Source: Solirubrobacterales bacterium (GTDB lineage Bacteria; Actinomycetota; Thermoleophilia; Solirubrobacterales; 70-9). From it: DNA of 38,939 nt. Of this stretch, positions 8,586-17,313 are shown piece by piece (position 1 is the first letter of the stretch; every line of letters begins with the position of its first letter). A model generated the notes under the pieces. The model was not told where the DNA came from and made no database searches. It saw only the letters and a program-made list of their open reading frames with translations. The position numbers and the translations under genes are program-made. Location of the stretch: positions 1 to 38,939 of the forward strand of contig DASXBC010000046.1 in NCBI GenBank assembly GCA_036406355.1, read 5' to 3'.

Positions 8586-9167
8586 CTATCCGGCTTCCGC
8601 CCGGGCCCCCGTAGCGATCGTCAGCAGCGCCTCGCCGAGGCCGGAGACGTCTTCCTCGCCCGTCCCCAGCCGGCGCACCGCGAGCCCGTACATCAGCGCC
8701 ACGATCGAGCGCGCATGGCGATTTGGGTCGGGCACCTCGAGCGCCTCGAGGGCGGCCTCGGCGACTTCTTCGTAGGCGACGAAGCAACGGCGGGAGGCAT
8801 CGCGCAGCTCACGGTCGCGCGCGGCCTGGAGGTGGAGCTCGATCTCCGCCAGTTCCTGAATCCGGCGAGGAGACTCCCGCGCGACCCGCTCGACCTCGAG
8901 CGCGACCTGCTCGATGCCGGGGCGCGCTCGCCGCAGCTCGGCGGCGATCCCCTCGAGGCGGACGACCTCCTCGCCGACCATCAGCATCAGGCTCTCCCGG
9001 AGGAGGTCGAGCTGGCTGTCGAAGTGGTAGGTGAGCGACCCCAGGGACACCTCCGCGGCGTCGGCGACGCGGCGGTTGGTGACGGCGGCGATCCCCTCGC
9101 GCCCGATCAGGTCGAGCGTCGTCCGCAGGATCCGCTCGCGGGTGTCGGTGACGGTTGCCGTTGCCAT
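8586..9167 (-). CDS. TetR/AcrR family transcriptional regulator
   Basis: 193-aa ORF with an N-terminal HTH (RERILRTTLDLIGREGIAAVTNRRVADAAEVSLGSLTYHF). Only 30 nt separate it from glpK, so TetR-glpK-plsC is probably one operon. Confidence 0.85.
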   Translation of the reverse strand: MATATVTDTRERILRTTLDLIGREGIAAVTNRRVADAAEVSLGSLTYHFDSQLDLLRESLMLMVGEEVVRLEGIAAELRRARPGIEQVALEVERVARESPRRIQELAEIELHLQAARDRELRDASRRCFVAYEEVAEAALEALEVPDPNRHARSIVALMYGLAVRRLGTGEEDVSGLGEALLTIATGARAEAG

Positions 9168-9180
9168 CTAGAAATCCTCG

Positions 9181-9238
9181 TCCTCCGCTCGCGGCGCGAA
9201 ATGCCAGATATGGACGCCTGCTCGCTCCGCCCTCACGG
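9181..9238 (-). promoter_or_regulatory. Conserved ~60-nt leader element, copy B, 13 nt upstream of the TetR start at 9167
   Basis: Reverse complement reads TGAGGGCGGAGCGAGCAGGCGTCCATATCTGGCATTTCGCGCCGCGAGCGGAGGA. This is the most diverged of the three copies (roughly three quarters identical to copy C by hand count). Confidence 0.55.
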
Positions 9239-9265
9239 GCCCAGACTACCCCGTTTTCGCCTATT

Positions 9266-9281
9266 GTTCGTTCGAACGAAC
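9266..9281. promoter_or_regulatory. Perfect 16-bp palindrome GTTCGTTCGAACGAAC, a candidate TetR-type operator
   Basis: Exact dyad symmetry read directly from the sequence. It lies in the 136-bp divergent region between the TetR gene and the amidase gene, 22 nt upstream of the amidase ATG at 9304. Confidence 0.5.
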
Positions 9282-9303
9282 CAGCCGACCAGGAAGGAGC
9301 CCG

Positions 9304-10725
9304 ATGCCGACAAGTACCGAATCAGAGCTCGGGCTGCGGGAGCAGGCGGGGATGCTGGCGACCGGCGGCGTCTCCTCACGCGAGCTGGTCGACGATTCGC
9401 TGCGGCGGGCCGAGGCCGCCCAGCGCGACCTGAACGCGTTCCGGCTGATCCGGGCCGAGGAGGCGCTGGCTGAGGCCGAGGCGGCCGATCGGCGCATCGC
9501 GGATGGCGATGGGGCCCCGCTCCTCGGGGTGCCGGTCGCGATCAAGGACGACGTCGACCTCGCGGGCCACCCGACGCTGTTCGGCTGCGGCGGGGCGTGC
9601 CCTCCGGCGACGCGGGACGCCGAGGTGGTGCGGAGGCTGCGCACCGCCGGGGCAATCGTGATCGGCAAGACCCACGCCCCGGAGGTGGGGCAGTGGTCAT
9701 TCACCGAGGGCCCCTCGTTCGGGGCGACACGGAACCCCTGGAGCATCGGCCACACTCCCGGGGGGTCGAGTGGCGGAGCGGCGGCGGCGGTCGCCGCCGG
9801 ACTGGTCCCGGCGGCAATCGGGTCCGACGGCGCCGGGTCGATTCGGATCCCCGCCGCATGGACCGGGCTGGTCGGGCTGAAGCCGCAGCGCGGCAGAATC
9901 TCGACCTGGCCCAACGCCGATGCGTTCAACGGCCTGACCTGCTTCGGCCCGATGACCCGCAGCGTCGCCGACGCCGCCCTCCTCCTTGACGCGATCCACG
10001 GCAGCGCCCCCGGCGACCACCACAGGCCGGCGGCCCCGGTCGAGCCCTTCGTCGAGTCCGCGGGCCGCGAACCGAAGTCGCTGCGGATCGCCCTCTCCTA
10101 CGCGACGCCGTTCGGGGTTTCGAGCGAGGTGGACCCCGAGCACCGAGAGGCGATCGAGGCCTTCGCCCGGCGCCTCGAGGAGCTCGGGCACGACGTCGTC
10201 AGGGCCGACCCCGACTACGGACTCGTCGGCCCGGCGCTCATCCCGCGCGGTATGGCCGCGGTCGAGGCCTGGCTCAGCGACAACCTCGGCGACCGCTCGA
10301 ACCTCGAGCCGCGGACCAGGACCCACGCCCGCTTCGGACGCCTGCTCTCGGGCCTGCCGCTACGGGCGTCGCGGGCGGCGGAGCCGGCGCTGCGACGCCG
10401 CATTGGCCGCGTCTTCGAGCGCTTCGACCTTGTCCTCACCCCGACCACCGCGAAGCCCCCGGGGGAGATCTACAGCCTTGACGGGCGCGGCTACTGGGCG
10501 ACGAGCACCAGGGTCAGCGCCGCCTGCCCCTACGGGTTCGCCTGGAACGTCGTCGGCTGGCCGGGGATCAGCATCCCCGCCGGCATGACGAAGGCGGGCC
10601 TGCCGATCGGAGCCCAGCTCCTCGCCCCGGAAGACGGCGAGGCGGAGCTGTTCGAGCTCGCGGGGTCGGTCGAGCGGTCCGTCGGCGGCTGGGAGCGGGC
10701 TCCCTATCCACGTCGCGATCCGTAG
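9304..10725 (+). CDS. Amidase (amidase signature family)
   Basis: 473-aa ORF with the AS-family signature GGSSGGAAAAVAAG and KDDVDLAG. AGGAAGGAG Shine-Dalgarno upstream. Confidence 0.9.
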   Translation: MPTSTESELGLREQAGMLATGGVSSRELVDDSLRRAEAAQRDLNAFRLIRAEEALAEAEAADRRIADGDGAPLLGVPVAIKDDVDLAGHPTLFGCGGACPPATRDAEVVRRLRTAGAIVIGKTHAPEVGQWSFTEGPSFGATRNPWSIGHTPGGSSGGAAAAVAAGLVPAAIGSDGAGSIRIPAAWTGLVGLKPQRGRISTWPNADAFNGLTCFGPMTRSVADAALLLDAIHGSAPGDHHRPAAPVEPFVESAGREPKSLRIALSYATPFGVSSEVDPEHREAIEAFARRLEELGHDVVRADPDYGLVGPALIPRGMAAVEAWLSDNLGDRSNLEPRTRTHARFGRLLSGLPLRASRAAEPALRRRIGRVFERFDLVLTPTTAKPPGEIYSLDGRGYWATSTRVSAACPYGFAWNVVGWPGISIPAGMTKAGLPIGAQLLAPEDGEAELFELAGSVERSVGGWERAPYPRRDP

Positions 10726-11381
10726 GCCCGGGCGAAGTCGCGGAGCTGCCGCGCGCGGTGGGCGAAGCCGACGAGGGTGCGACCGGTGGCGCGGTGCGAG
10801 AGATCGAGCTCGTACTCGCGAAGCTCGTGGCCGGCGCGGACCGCGTCGATTGTCATACCGACCTCCATCCCGTAGCCGCCGGCGAATGGGAGAACCGAGC
10901 GCAGCACGTCGACCCGCATCGCCCGCTGGCCTGAGATCGGGGCCCGCGTCTCGAGCCCGCAGCAGCGGCGGATCGCCCAGCGCGCGAACCCGAGGGCGAC
11001 TCCGAAGCCGCCACCCACCCGGCGGTTGAAGGCGGCGACGGCGAGATCGCACTCGCCGCGCTCGATCGCCTCGACCAGCGGGCTGAGGGACGCGGCCGTG
11101 GGGCCGAGGTCGCCGTCGCAGAGAAGGAAGATGTCGGGCGGCGACACCGAGAGCGCCGCCTCGGCGGCGGCGGTCACGTTGGCACCCTTGCCGTGCGGCC
11201 GGCCGCGGCTGACGACCCGCGCGCCCGCCGCCAGCGCGACACCCTCGGTGTCGTCGGTCGAGGCGTCGTCGGCGACCCAGATCGCGGCGTCGGGGAAGGC
11301 GCCGCGCAGCGCAGCGACCGTGTCGCCCACCCGGTCGGCCTCGTTGCGCGCCGCGACGAGGACCGCGAGTGAGTCACCCAC
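10704..11381 (-). CDS. Glycosyltransferase family 2 protein
   Basis: 225-aa ORF with a GTG start and GT-A N-terminal blocks (VLVAARNEADRV, VADDASTDDT, CDGDL). Its 3' end overlaps the amidase 3' end by 22 nt. Confidence 0.7.
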   Translation of the reverse strand: MGDSLAVLVAARNEADRVGDTVAALRGAFPDAAIWVADDASTDDTEGVALAAGARVVSRGRPHGKGANVTAAAEAALSVSPPDIFLLCDGDLGPTAASLSPLVEAIERGECDLAVAAFNRRVGGGFGVALGFARWAIRRCCGLETRAPISGQRAMRVDVLRSVLPFAGGYGMEVGMTIDAVRAGHELREYELDLSHRATGRTLVGFAHRARQLRDFARAYGSRRG

Positions 11382-11401
11382 GGCGGATATTGTCCCGCTC
11401 C

Positions 11402-11614
11402 ATGGCGGACATTGAGGCGCACATCACCGGCAACGTATGGAAAATCGAGGTCGCGGTCGGCGACAGGGTCGAGGAGGGCGACACCGTTGTCATCCTCGAG
11501 TCGATGAAGATGGAGATCCCGGTCGAGGCCGAGGACGAGGGGACCGTCAAGGAGATCCTCTGCGAAGAGGGGAAGTCGGTCAGCGAAGGCGACGTTCTGG
11601 TCGTCCTGGAGTGA
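11402..11614 (+). CDS. Biotin/lipoyl attachment domain protein (stand-alone BCCP-like carrier)
   Basis: Track ORF 11369..11614 trimmed to the ATG at 11402 (MADIEAHITG). Contains the biotinylation motif ESMKME. Confidence 0.8.
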   Translation: MADIEAHITGNVWKIEVAVGDRVEEGDTVVILESMKMEIPVEAEDEGTVKEILCEEGKSVSEGDVLVVLE

Positions 11615-11672
11615 GCGCGGAGGGAGCAAGCGTGCATATCTGTCTCTTCGCGCAGCGAGCGAAGCGCGAAAG
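11611..11672 (+). promoter_or_regulatory. Conserved ~60-nt leader element, copy C, 7 nt upstream of the enoyl-CoA hydratase GTG at 11679
   Basis: Reads GTGAGCGCGGAGGGAGCAAGCGTGCATATCTGTCTCTTCGCGCAGCGAGCGAAGCGCGAAAG. It begins inside the stop codon of the upstream gene. It can form an 11-bp stem (11615-11625 with 11643-11653, including 2 G-U pairs). Confidence 0.6.
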
Positions 11673-11678
11673 GTAGTA

Positions 11679-12488
11679 GTGGCTTCCGAGCGGCTCGCCG
11701 GCGGCAAGCTGATCCTCGACTCCCCCGCCGAGGCGGTCGTCCGGATCACGATCTCCAATCCCGAGCGGCGCAACGCCCTCGACCACGAGATCCTCGACGG
11801 CCTGGCCGAGACGCTGCCGCGCCTCGACTCCGGGATCGAGAACCGCTGCGTGCTGATCACCGGGGCGCCCCCCGTCTTCTCCGCCGGCTACGACATCGGC
11901 TCGATCCCCGAACAGAGCTTCGAGCGCGACGCCGAGTCCCTCGTCGCCCATCCCTTCCACGCCGCAATGGAGGCTCTCGCTGCGCACCCGTGGCCGACGG
12001 TGGCGATGATCAACGGCCACTGCCTCGGCGGTGGCCTCGAGCTGGCGATCACCTGCGACATGCGGGTCTGCGCGGCGGGGGCGAAACTGGGCATGCCACC
12101 GGCGAAACTGGGCCTGATCTACGGCCACACCGGCCTGCGCAAGTTCCTCGACACGATCGGGCTGCCGCGGACCAAGGAGCTGTTCCTGACCGGGCGAAAC
12201 GTCGAAGCCGAACGGGCCGAGGAGATCGGCCTCGTCCACGAGGTCTTCCCCGAGGACGAGCTCGAGGAAGCCGCGGTCGAGCTGGCGGCGGCGATCGCGG
12301 CCAACGCGCCGCTCTCGATGCGGGGCAACAAGCAGGCGATCGAAGCCCTGAACGCGAACCCGGTGCTGACCGCGGCGCAGGAGGCGGAGCTCGTATCCCT
12401 GCGCGAGTCCTGCTTCGGCTCCGACGACTTCCGCGAGGGGATCCAGGCGTTCGCCGAGAAGCGCAAACCGCGCTGGACCGGGCAGTGA
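11679..12488 (+). CDS. Enoyl-CoA hydratase/isomerase (crotonase) family protein
   Basis: 269-aa ORF with a GTG start and crotonase blocks (RRNALD, FSAGYDI, INGHCLGGGLELAITCDMR). Confidence 0.9.
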   Translation: MASERLAGGKLILDSPAEAVVRITISNPERRNALDHEILDGLAETLPRLDSGIENRCVLITGAPPVFSAGYDIGSIPEQSFERDAESLVAHPFHAAMEALAAHPWPTVAMINGHCLGGGLELAITCDMRVCAAGAKLGMPPAKLGLIYGHTGLRKFLDTIGLPRTKELFLTGRNVEAERAEEIGLVHEVFPEDELEEAAVELAAAIAANAPLSMRGNKQAIEALNANPVLTAAQEAELVSLRESCFGSDDFREGIQAFAEKRKPRWTGQ

Positions 12489-13120
12489 GCGGCGCGGCGG
12501 AACGCAAGGCGCTGGCGGCCTCGGGGCCGCAGATGGCGGCCCTGATCGAGCGGATCGGCAGGATCGACCTCGAGACCCGCCTGCGGCGGCGGAAAGAGGA
12601 GCGGCCGGCAGACGCCTACGGGGCGCTGCTGCGGGCGATCGTCGGCCAGCAGCTCTCGACGAAAGCGGCGCGGACGATCCATGGACGCGTGCTCGACCTG
12701 TTCGACGGCCGCACGCCGACTCCCGAGCAACTGCTCGAGGTGTCCGAGGAGGACCTCCGCGCCGCCGGTCTCTCAGGGCGAAAGGTCGAGTACATCCGCG
12801 ACCTCGCCTCCCACGTGATCTCCGGCGAGCTCGAGCTCGACCGCCTCGACGAGCTCTCCGACGAGGAGGTGATCGCCGAGATCGTCGCCGTTCGCGGCCT
12901 CGGCCGGTGGACCGCCGAGATGTTCCTGCTCTTCCACCTCGAACGGCCCGACGTCCTCTCCGGCGGCGACCTCGGGATCCGCAAGGCGGTCCAGATCGAG
13001 TACGGCCTCGACGAGATGCCGACCCCGACCGAGGTGGTCGAGATCGGCGAGGTCTGGCGCCCGCACCGGAGCCTTGCCTCGCTCTACCTCTGGGAGTCGC
13101 TCGCGGCGGTCCCCGATTAG
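12485..13120 (+). CDS. DNA-3-methyladenine glycosylase 2 family protein (AlkA-like, HhH-GPD)
   Basis: C-terminal part of track ORF 11990..13120. The GTG at 12485 overlaps the upstream TGA (GTGA); the alternative start is the ATG at 12533. HhH-GPD blocks present: LRAIVGQQLS, AAGLSGRKVEYIRDLA, GLGRWTAEMFLLF, GDLGIRKA. Confidence 0.8.
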   Translation: MSGAAERKALAASGPQMAALIERIGRIDLETRLRRRKEERPADAYGALLRAIVGQQLSTKAARTIHGRVLDLFDGRTPTPEQLLEVSEEDLRAAGLSGRKVEYIRDLASHVISGELELDRLDELSDEEVIAEIVAVRGLGRWTAEMFLLFHLERPDVLSGGDLGIRKAVQIEYGLDEMPTPTEVVEIGEVWRPHRSLASLYLWESLAAVPD

Positions 13121-13131
13121 TGCTCGGTGAC

Positions 13132-13174
13132 GAGACTGCGTTTGGGGTCGTATGGCGACACCAAACGCAGTCTC
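13132..13174. terminator. Long perfect hairpin between convergent genes, a probable bidirectional intrinsic terminator
   Basis: GAGACTGCGTTTGG (13132-13145) pairs perfectly with CCAAACGCAGTCTC (13161-13174). After one mismatch, 4 more bp (GTCG/CGAC) close a 5-nt loop. There is no U-tract. The right arm overlaps the GH3 stop codon. Confidence 0.7.
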
Positions 13175-14354
13175 AGCGAAGCGCGTGGCGGAGGCGTAGG
13201 ACCCGGGTCGCCGACTGTTCGAACTCTGCGCGCGCGAGCGAGTGCGAGGCGAGGCCTCGGGTCAGCGCCCGGTGCGCGGCGCGGGCGCCGTCCGGGCTCG
13301 TGTAGAGGAGGAGGTCAGCGCCGGCGCGGGCGGCGGCGAGACCCGCGACGTCGGGAGGGCCGAATTCGCGCACGGCGCCGGTTTCCAGCGCGTCGGTGAT
13401 CGATACCCCGTCGAATCCGAGGCGGGAGCGGAGCTCCCGCGTCGCGACGGCGCGCGAGAACGCCGCCGGGCGGCTTGAGAAGGCCGGGTAGATCACGGTG
13501 CTCAACATCACCATCTCGCCACCCGCCTCGAAGAAGTGGGGATAGGGAGCCTCGTCGACCCGGCGCAGGGTCGCCTTCGAGAGGCGGATCGTCTGGGGAG
13601 AGTCATCCGTATTGCCGGTCGCGGCGCCGAACCCGGGAAAGCCCTTCCCGGTCGCGGCCACCCCGTCGCTGTGCAGCCCTTCGGCGAACGGCACCGCCGT
13701 CCTCGAAACCTGCGCCGCGGTCGAGCCGAATCCTCGGTGGGTGTCGGCGATGTCTCCTCCCGGTCGCGCGACGTCGAGCACCGGCGCGAGGTCGACGTTG
13801 ACGCCGATGTCGCGAAGATTCCGCGCCGTGAGCCGGCCCTGTTCGCGGCTGAACGCGGCACCTTGCTCCCCCATCACTTCGGCCGAGGCGCTCGGCGCCC
13901 CGCCGATCCGCTTCACCAGCCCCCCCTCCTGGTCGATCATCACCAGCAGCGGGTCCCGCAGCCCACGCGGCCGCGGTATCGACTGCAGGCTCGCGATCAG
14001 CCTCCGCCCGGCGGCACGACTCGGGAGATTGCCGTTGTAGGAGAAGAGGATCACCCCGGCGACATCGCCCTCGCGGATCATCCGCCGCACCGCGTGCGGG
14101 ATGGTCGGCCCGGAGAAGCCGGTGACGATCCGCTCCCCCGCGAGTTGCGAGGCCTTGAGCCCCGAGGCAGTGGCCTCCACGGCTCCGAGCGTCGGCGCCG
14201 CATCCTTGCCATCGCCCATGGTGACCCCGAGGGCGAAGGCGCCGATCGCGAGGCCGCAGCCGATCGCGATCACTGCCCGCCGCCGTCTGATCGCCCCTGA
14301 ATCCACGTCCGGCCCGGAGCCTAGCCTGAGCGCGGATGGGACCCCTGATCTCAT
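13173..14354 (-). CDS. Glycoside hydrolase family 3 N-terminal domain protein (NagZ-like beta-N-acetylhexosaminidase type), membrane-anchored or secreted
   Basis: 393-aa ORF with an N-terminal hydrophobic segment (AVIAIGCGLAIGAFALGV) and GH3 blocks (MIDQEGGLVKR, GVNVDLAPVLDV, GKGFPGFG). Start is uncertain: the ATG at 14354 overlaps bioB; the GTG at 14306 is the alternative. Confidence 0.8.
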   Translation of the reverse strand: MRSGVPSALRLGSGPDVDSGAIRRRRAVIAIGCGLAIGAFALGVTMGDGKDAAPTLGAVEATASGLKASQLAGERIVTGFSGPTIPHAVRRMIREGDVAGVILFSYNGNLPSRAAGRRLIASLQSIPRPRGLRDPLLVMIDQEGGLVKRIGGAPSASAEVMGEQGAAFSREQGRLTARNLRDIGVNVDLAPVLDVARPGGDIADTHRGFGSTAAQVSRTAVPFAEGLHSDGVAATGKGFPGFGAATGNTDDSPQTIRLSKATLRRVDEAPYPHFFEAGGEMVMLSTVIYPAFSSRPAAFSRAVATRELRSRLGFDGVSITDALETGAVREFGPPDVAGLAAARAGADLLLYTSPDGARAAHRALTRGLASHSLARAEFEQSATRVLRLRHALR

Positions 14355-15465
14355 TCGACGAGGCGCTCGCCCTCGGCCGGCTGACCGGCCACGACGAGAT
14401 CGGCGAGGTGGTCGAGCGGGCCTGGCGGGTGCGGAGGGAGAACTTCGGCGACTCGACCGACATGTGCTCGCTCGTCAACGCCAAGTCCGGCGGCTGCGCC
14501 GAGGACTGCGGCTTCTGCGCCCAGTCGCGCTACGCCGAGTCCGACACGCCGATGCACGCGATGATGGAGCCGGAGCAGATCCTCGAGCACGCGAAGGCGG
14601 CCGAGGCCGCGGGCGCGCACCGGTTCTGCATGGTCACCCAGGGCCAGGGGCTCTCGAAACGCGACTTCGAGAAGATCCTCGAGGGGGCGAGGCTGGTCGC
14701 CGAGCAGACCAACCTCAAGCGTTGCGCCTCGATCGGTCACATGTCGGTCGAACGCGCCTCGCGGCTGCGCGAGGCAGGGATCCAGCGGGTCCACCACAAC
14801 GTCGAGTCGTCGCGCTCCTACTACCCCGAGGTTTCGACGACGGTCCGCTACGAGGGCAGGCTGCGGACGATTCAGGCGGTCAAGGAGGCCGGCCTCGAGA
14901 CCTGCGTCGGCGGCATCCTCAACCTCGGCGAGACGCCCGAGCAGCGGGTTGAGATGGCATTCGAGCTCTCCGAGCTGAACCCGACCTCGGTCCCGATCAA
15001 CCTCCTCAACCCGCGGGCGGGCACCAAGTTCGGGGACCGGCCGCTGATGGACGCCTGGGAGGTCGTCAAGTGGGTCGCGATCTTCCGCCTGATCATCCCC
15101 GGCGCGCTGTTCCGCCTCTGCGGAGGCCGGGTGGAGAACCTCGGCGACCTCCAGCCGCTCGCCGTCAGGGCGGGCCTGAACGGCGTGATGATGGGGAACT
15201 TCCTGACGACCCTCGGCGCCGAGCCGGAGGACGACAGGGCGATGTTCGAGGACCTCGGGCTGAACGTCTCACGCCAGCCCGACAACGGCTCCAACCCCCG
15301 GCCCGACAACCGTTCCGGCTGGCTCGAGGGAGCCAGCCCGGCGGCGACGCCGATGGAGGAGCTGATCGACCGCCAGGACGAAGCGGACCTCTGGGACCCA
15401 TCGACCCAGCTCCGGGTGATCAAGAAGGCGAAGAGGCCTCCGCCCTACCCGAAGCAATCGGCGGC

Positions 15466-15469
<4 letters not shown>
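14336..15469 (+). CDS. bioB: Biotin synthase
   Basis: 377-aa ORF with the radical-SAM CAEDCGFCAQS motif and BioB blocks throughout. It has a roughly 40-60 aa low-complexity C-terminal tail. Confidence 0.95.
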
Positions 15470-16659
<1,190 letters not shown>

Positions 16660-16661
16660 GC

Positions 16662-17309
16662 GTGCGCGGCGTCTTCGTCACCGGCACCGGCACCGAGGTG
16701 GGCAAGACGATCGTCGCGGCGGCAATCGCCCGCACCCTCGTCGACGGCGGGGCCCGTGTCGGAGTTTTCAAGCCGGCCGTCACCGGGCTCGACGACCCCG
16801 GCGAGGCCGATCACGAGCTGCTGAGGAGAGCCGCCGGCTCGGCGCAGAGCGACGACGAGATTGCGCCCTACCGCTACGGGCCGCCGGCCTCGCCGCACCT
16901 GGCGGCCTCTCTCGCCGGCGAGGCGATCGAGCCGGAGCGGCTGCTGGCCGCCGCCGGGGCGGCCGGCGAGGGAGCCGACGTGCTCGTCTGCGAGGGGGTC
17001 GGCGGCCTCCTCGTGCCGCTCGCCGCCGATTACACGGTGCGCGACCTCGCCGCCGACCTCGGCCTGCCGCTGGTCATCGCGGCCTCGCCCGGGCTCGGGA
17101 CGATCAACCACACCCTGCTGACCCTCGAGGCGGCGCGGAGCGCCGGCCTCGAGGTCGCGATGGTCGTCCTCACGCCCTGGCCCGACGCCCCGAGCACCGT
17201 CGAGGCGTCGAACCGGGAGACGATCGACGAGCTCGGCGCGGTCAGGGTCGAAACGGTTCCGACGCTCGACCTGAGCGACGCGACCACATGGCCGGCGCTC
17301 GCCCCCTAG
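16662..17309 (+). CDS. bioD: Dethiobiotin synthase
   Basis: 215-aa ORF with a GTG start 2 nt after the bioF stop. P-loop FVTGTGTEVGKT, and an EG.GG block (CEGVGGLLVP). Confidence 0.9.
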   Translation: MRGVFVTGTGTEVGKTIVAAAIARTLVDGGARVGVFKPAVTGLDDPGEADHELLRRAAGSAQSDDEIAPYRYGPPASPHLAASLAGEAIEPERLLAAAGAAGEGADVLVCEGVGGLLVPLAADYTVRDLAADLGLPLVIAASPGLGTINHTLLTLEAARSAGLEVAMVVLTPWPDAPSTVEASNRETIDELGAVRVETVPTLDLSDATTWPALAP

Positions 17310-17313
17310 CGAC

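Noticed and set aside
6969-8787. Long ORFs 6969..8558 (+), 7648..8787 (-) and others overlapping glpK
   Set aside because: glpK (7092..8555, minus) is recognisable over its full length. The alternative frames give Arg/Pro/Gly-rich low-complexity sequence typical of off-frame translation in GC-rich genes.
5261-11672. Reading the conserved element as a plain promoter (CATATCT as the -10) or as an antisense-oriented promoter for the MBL and amidase genes
   Set aside because: No hexamer in the block satisfies TANNNT in either orientation. The antisense reading fails for copy C, which has no minus-strand gene to drive. A promoter role is not excluded, but the sequence does not support it.
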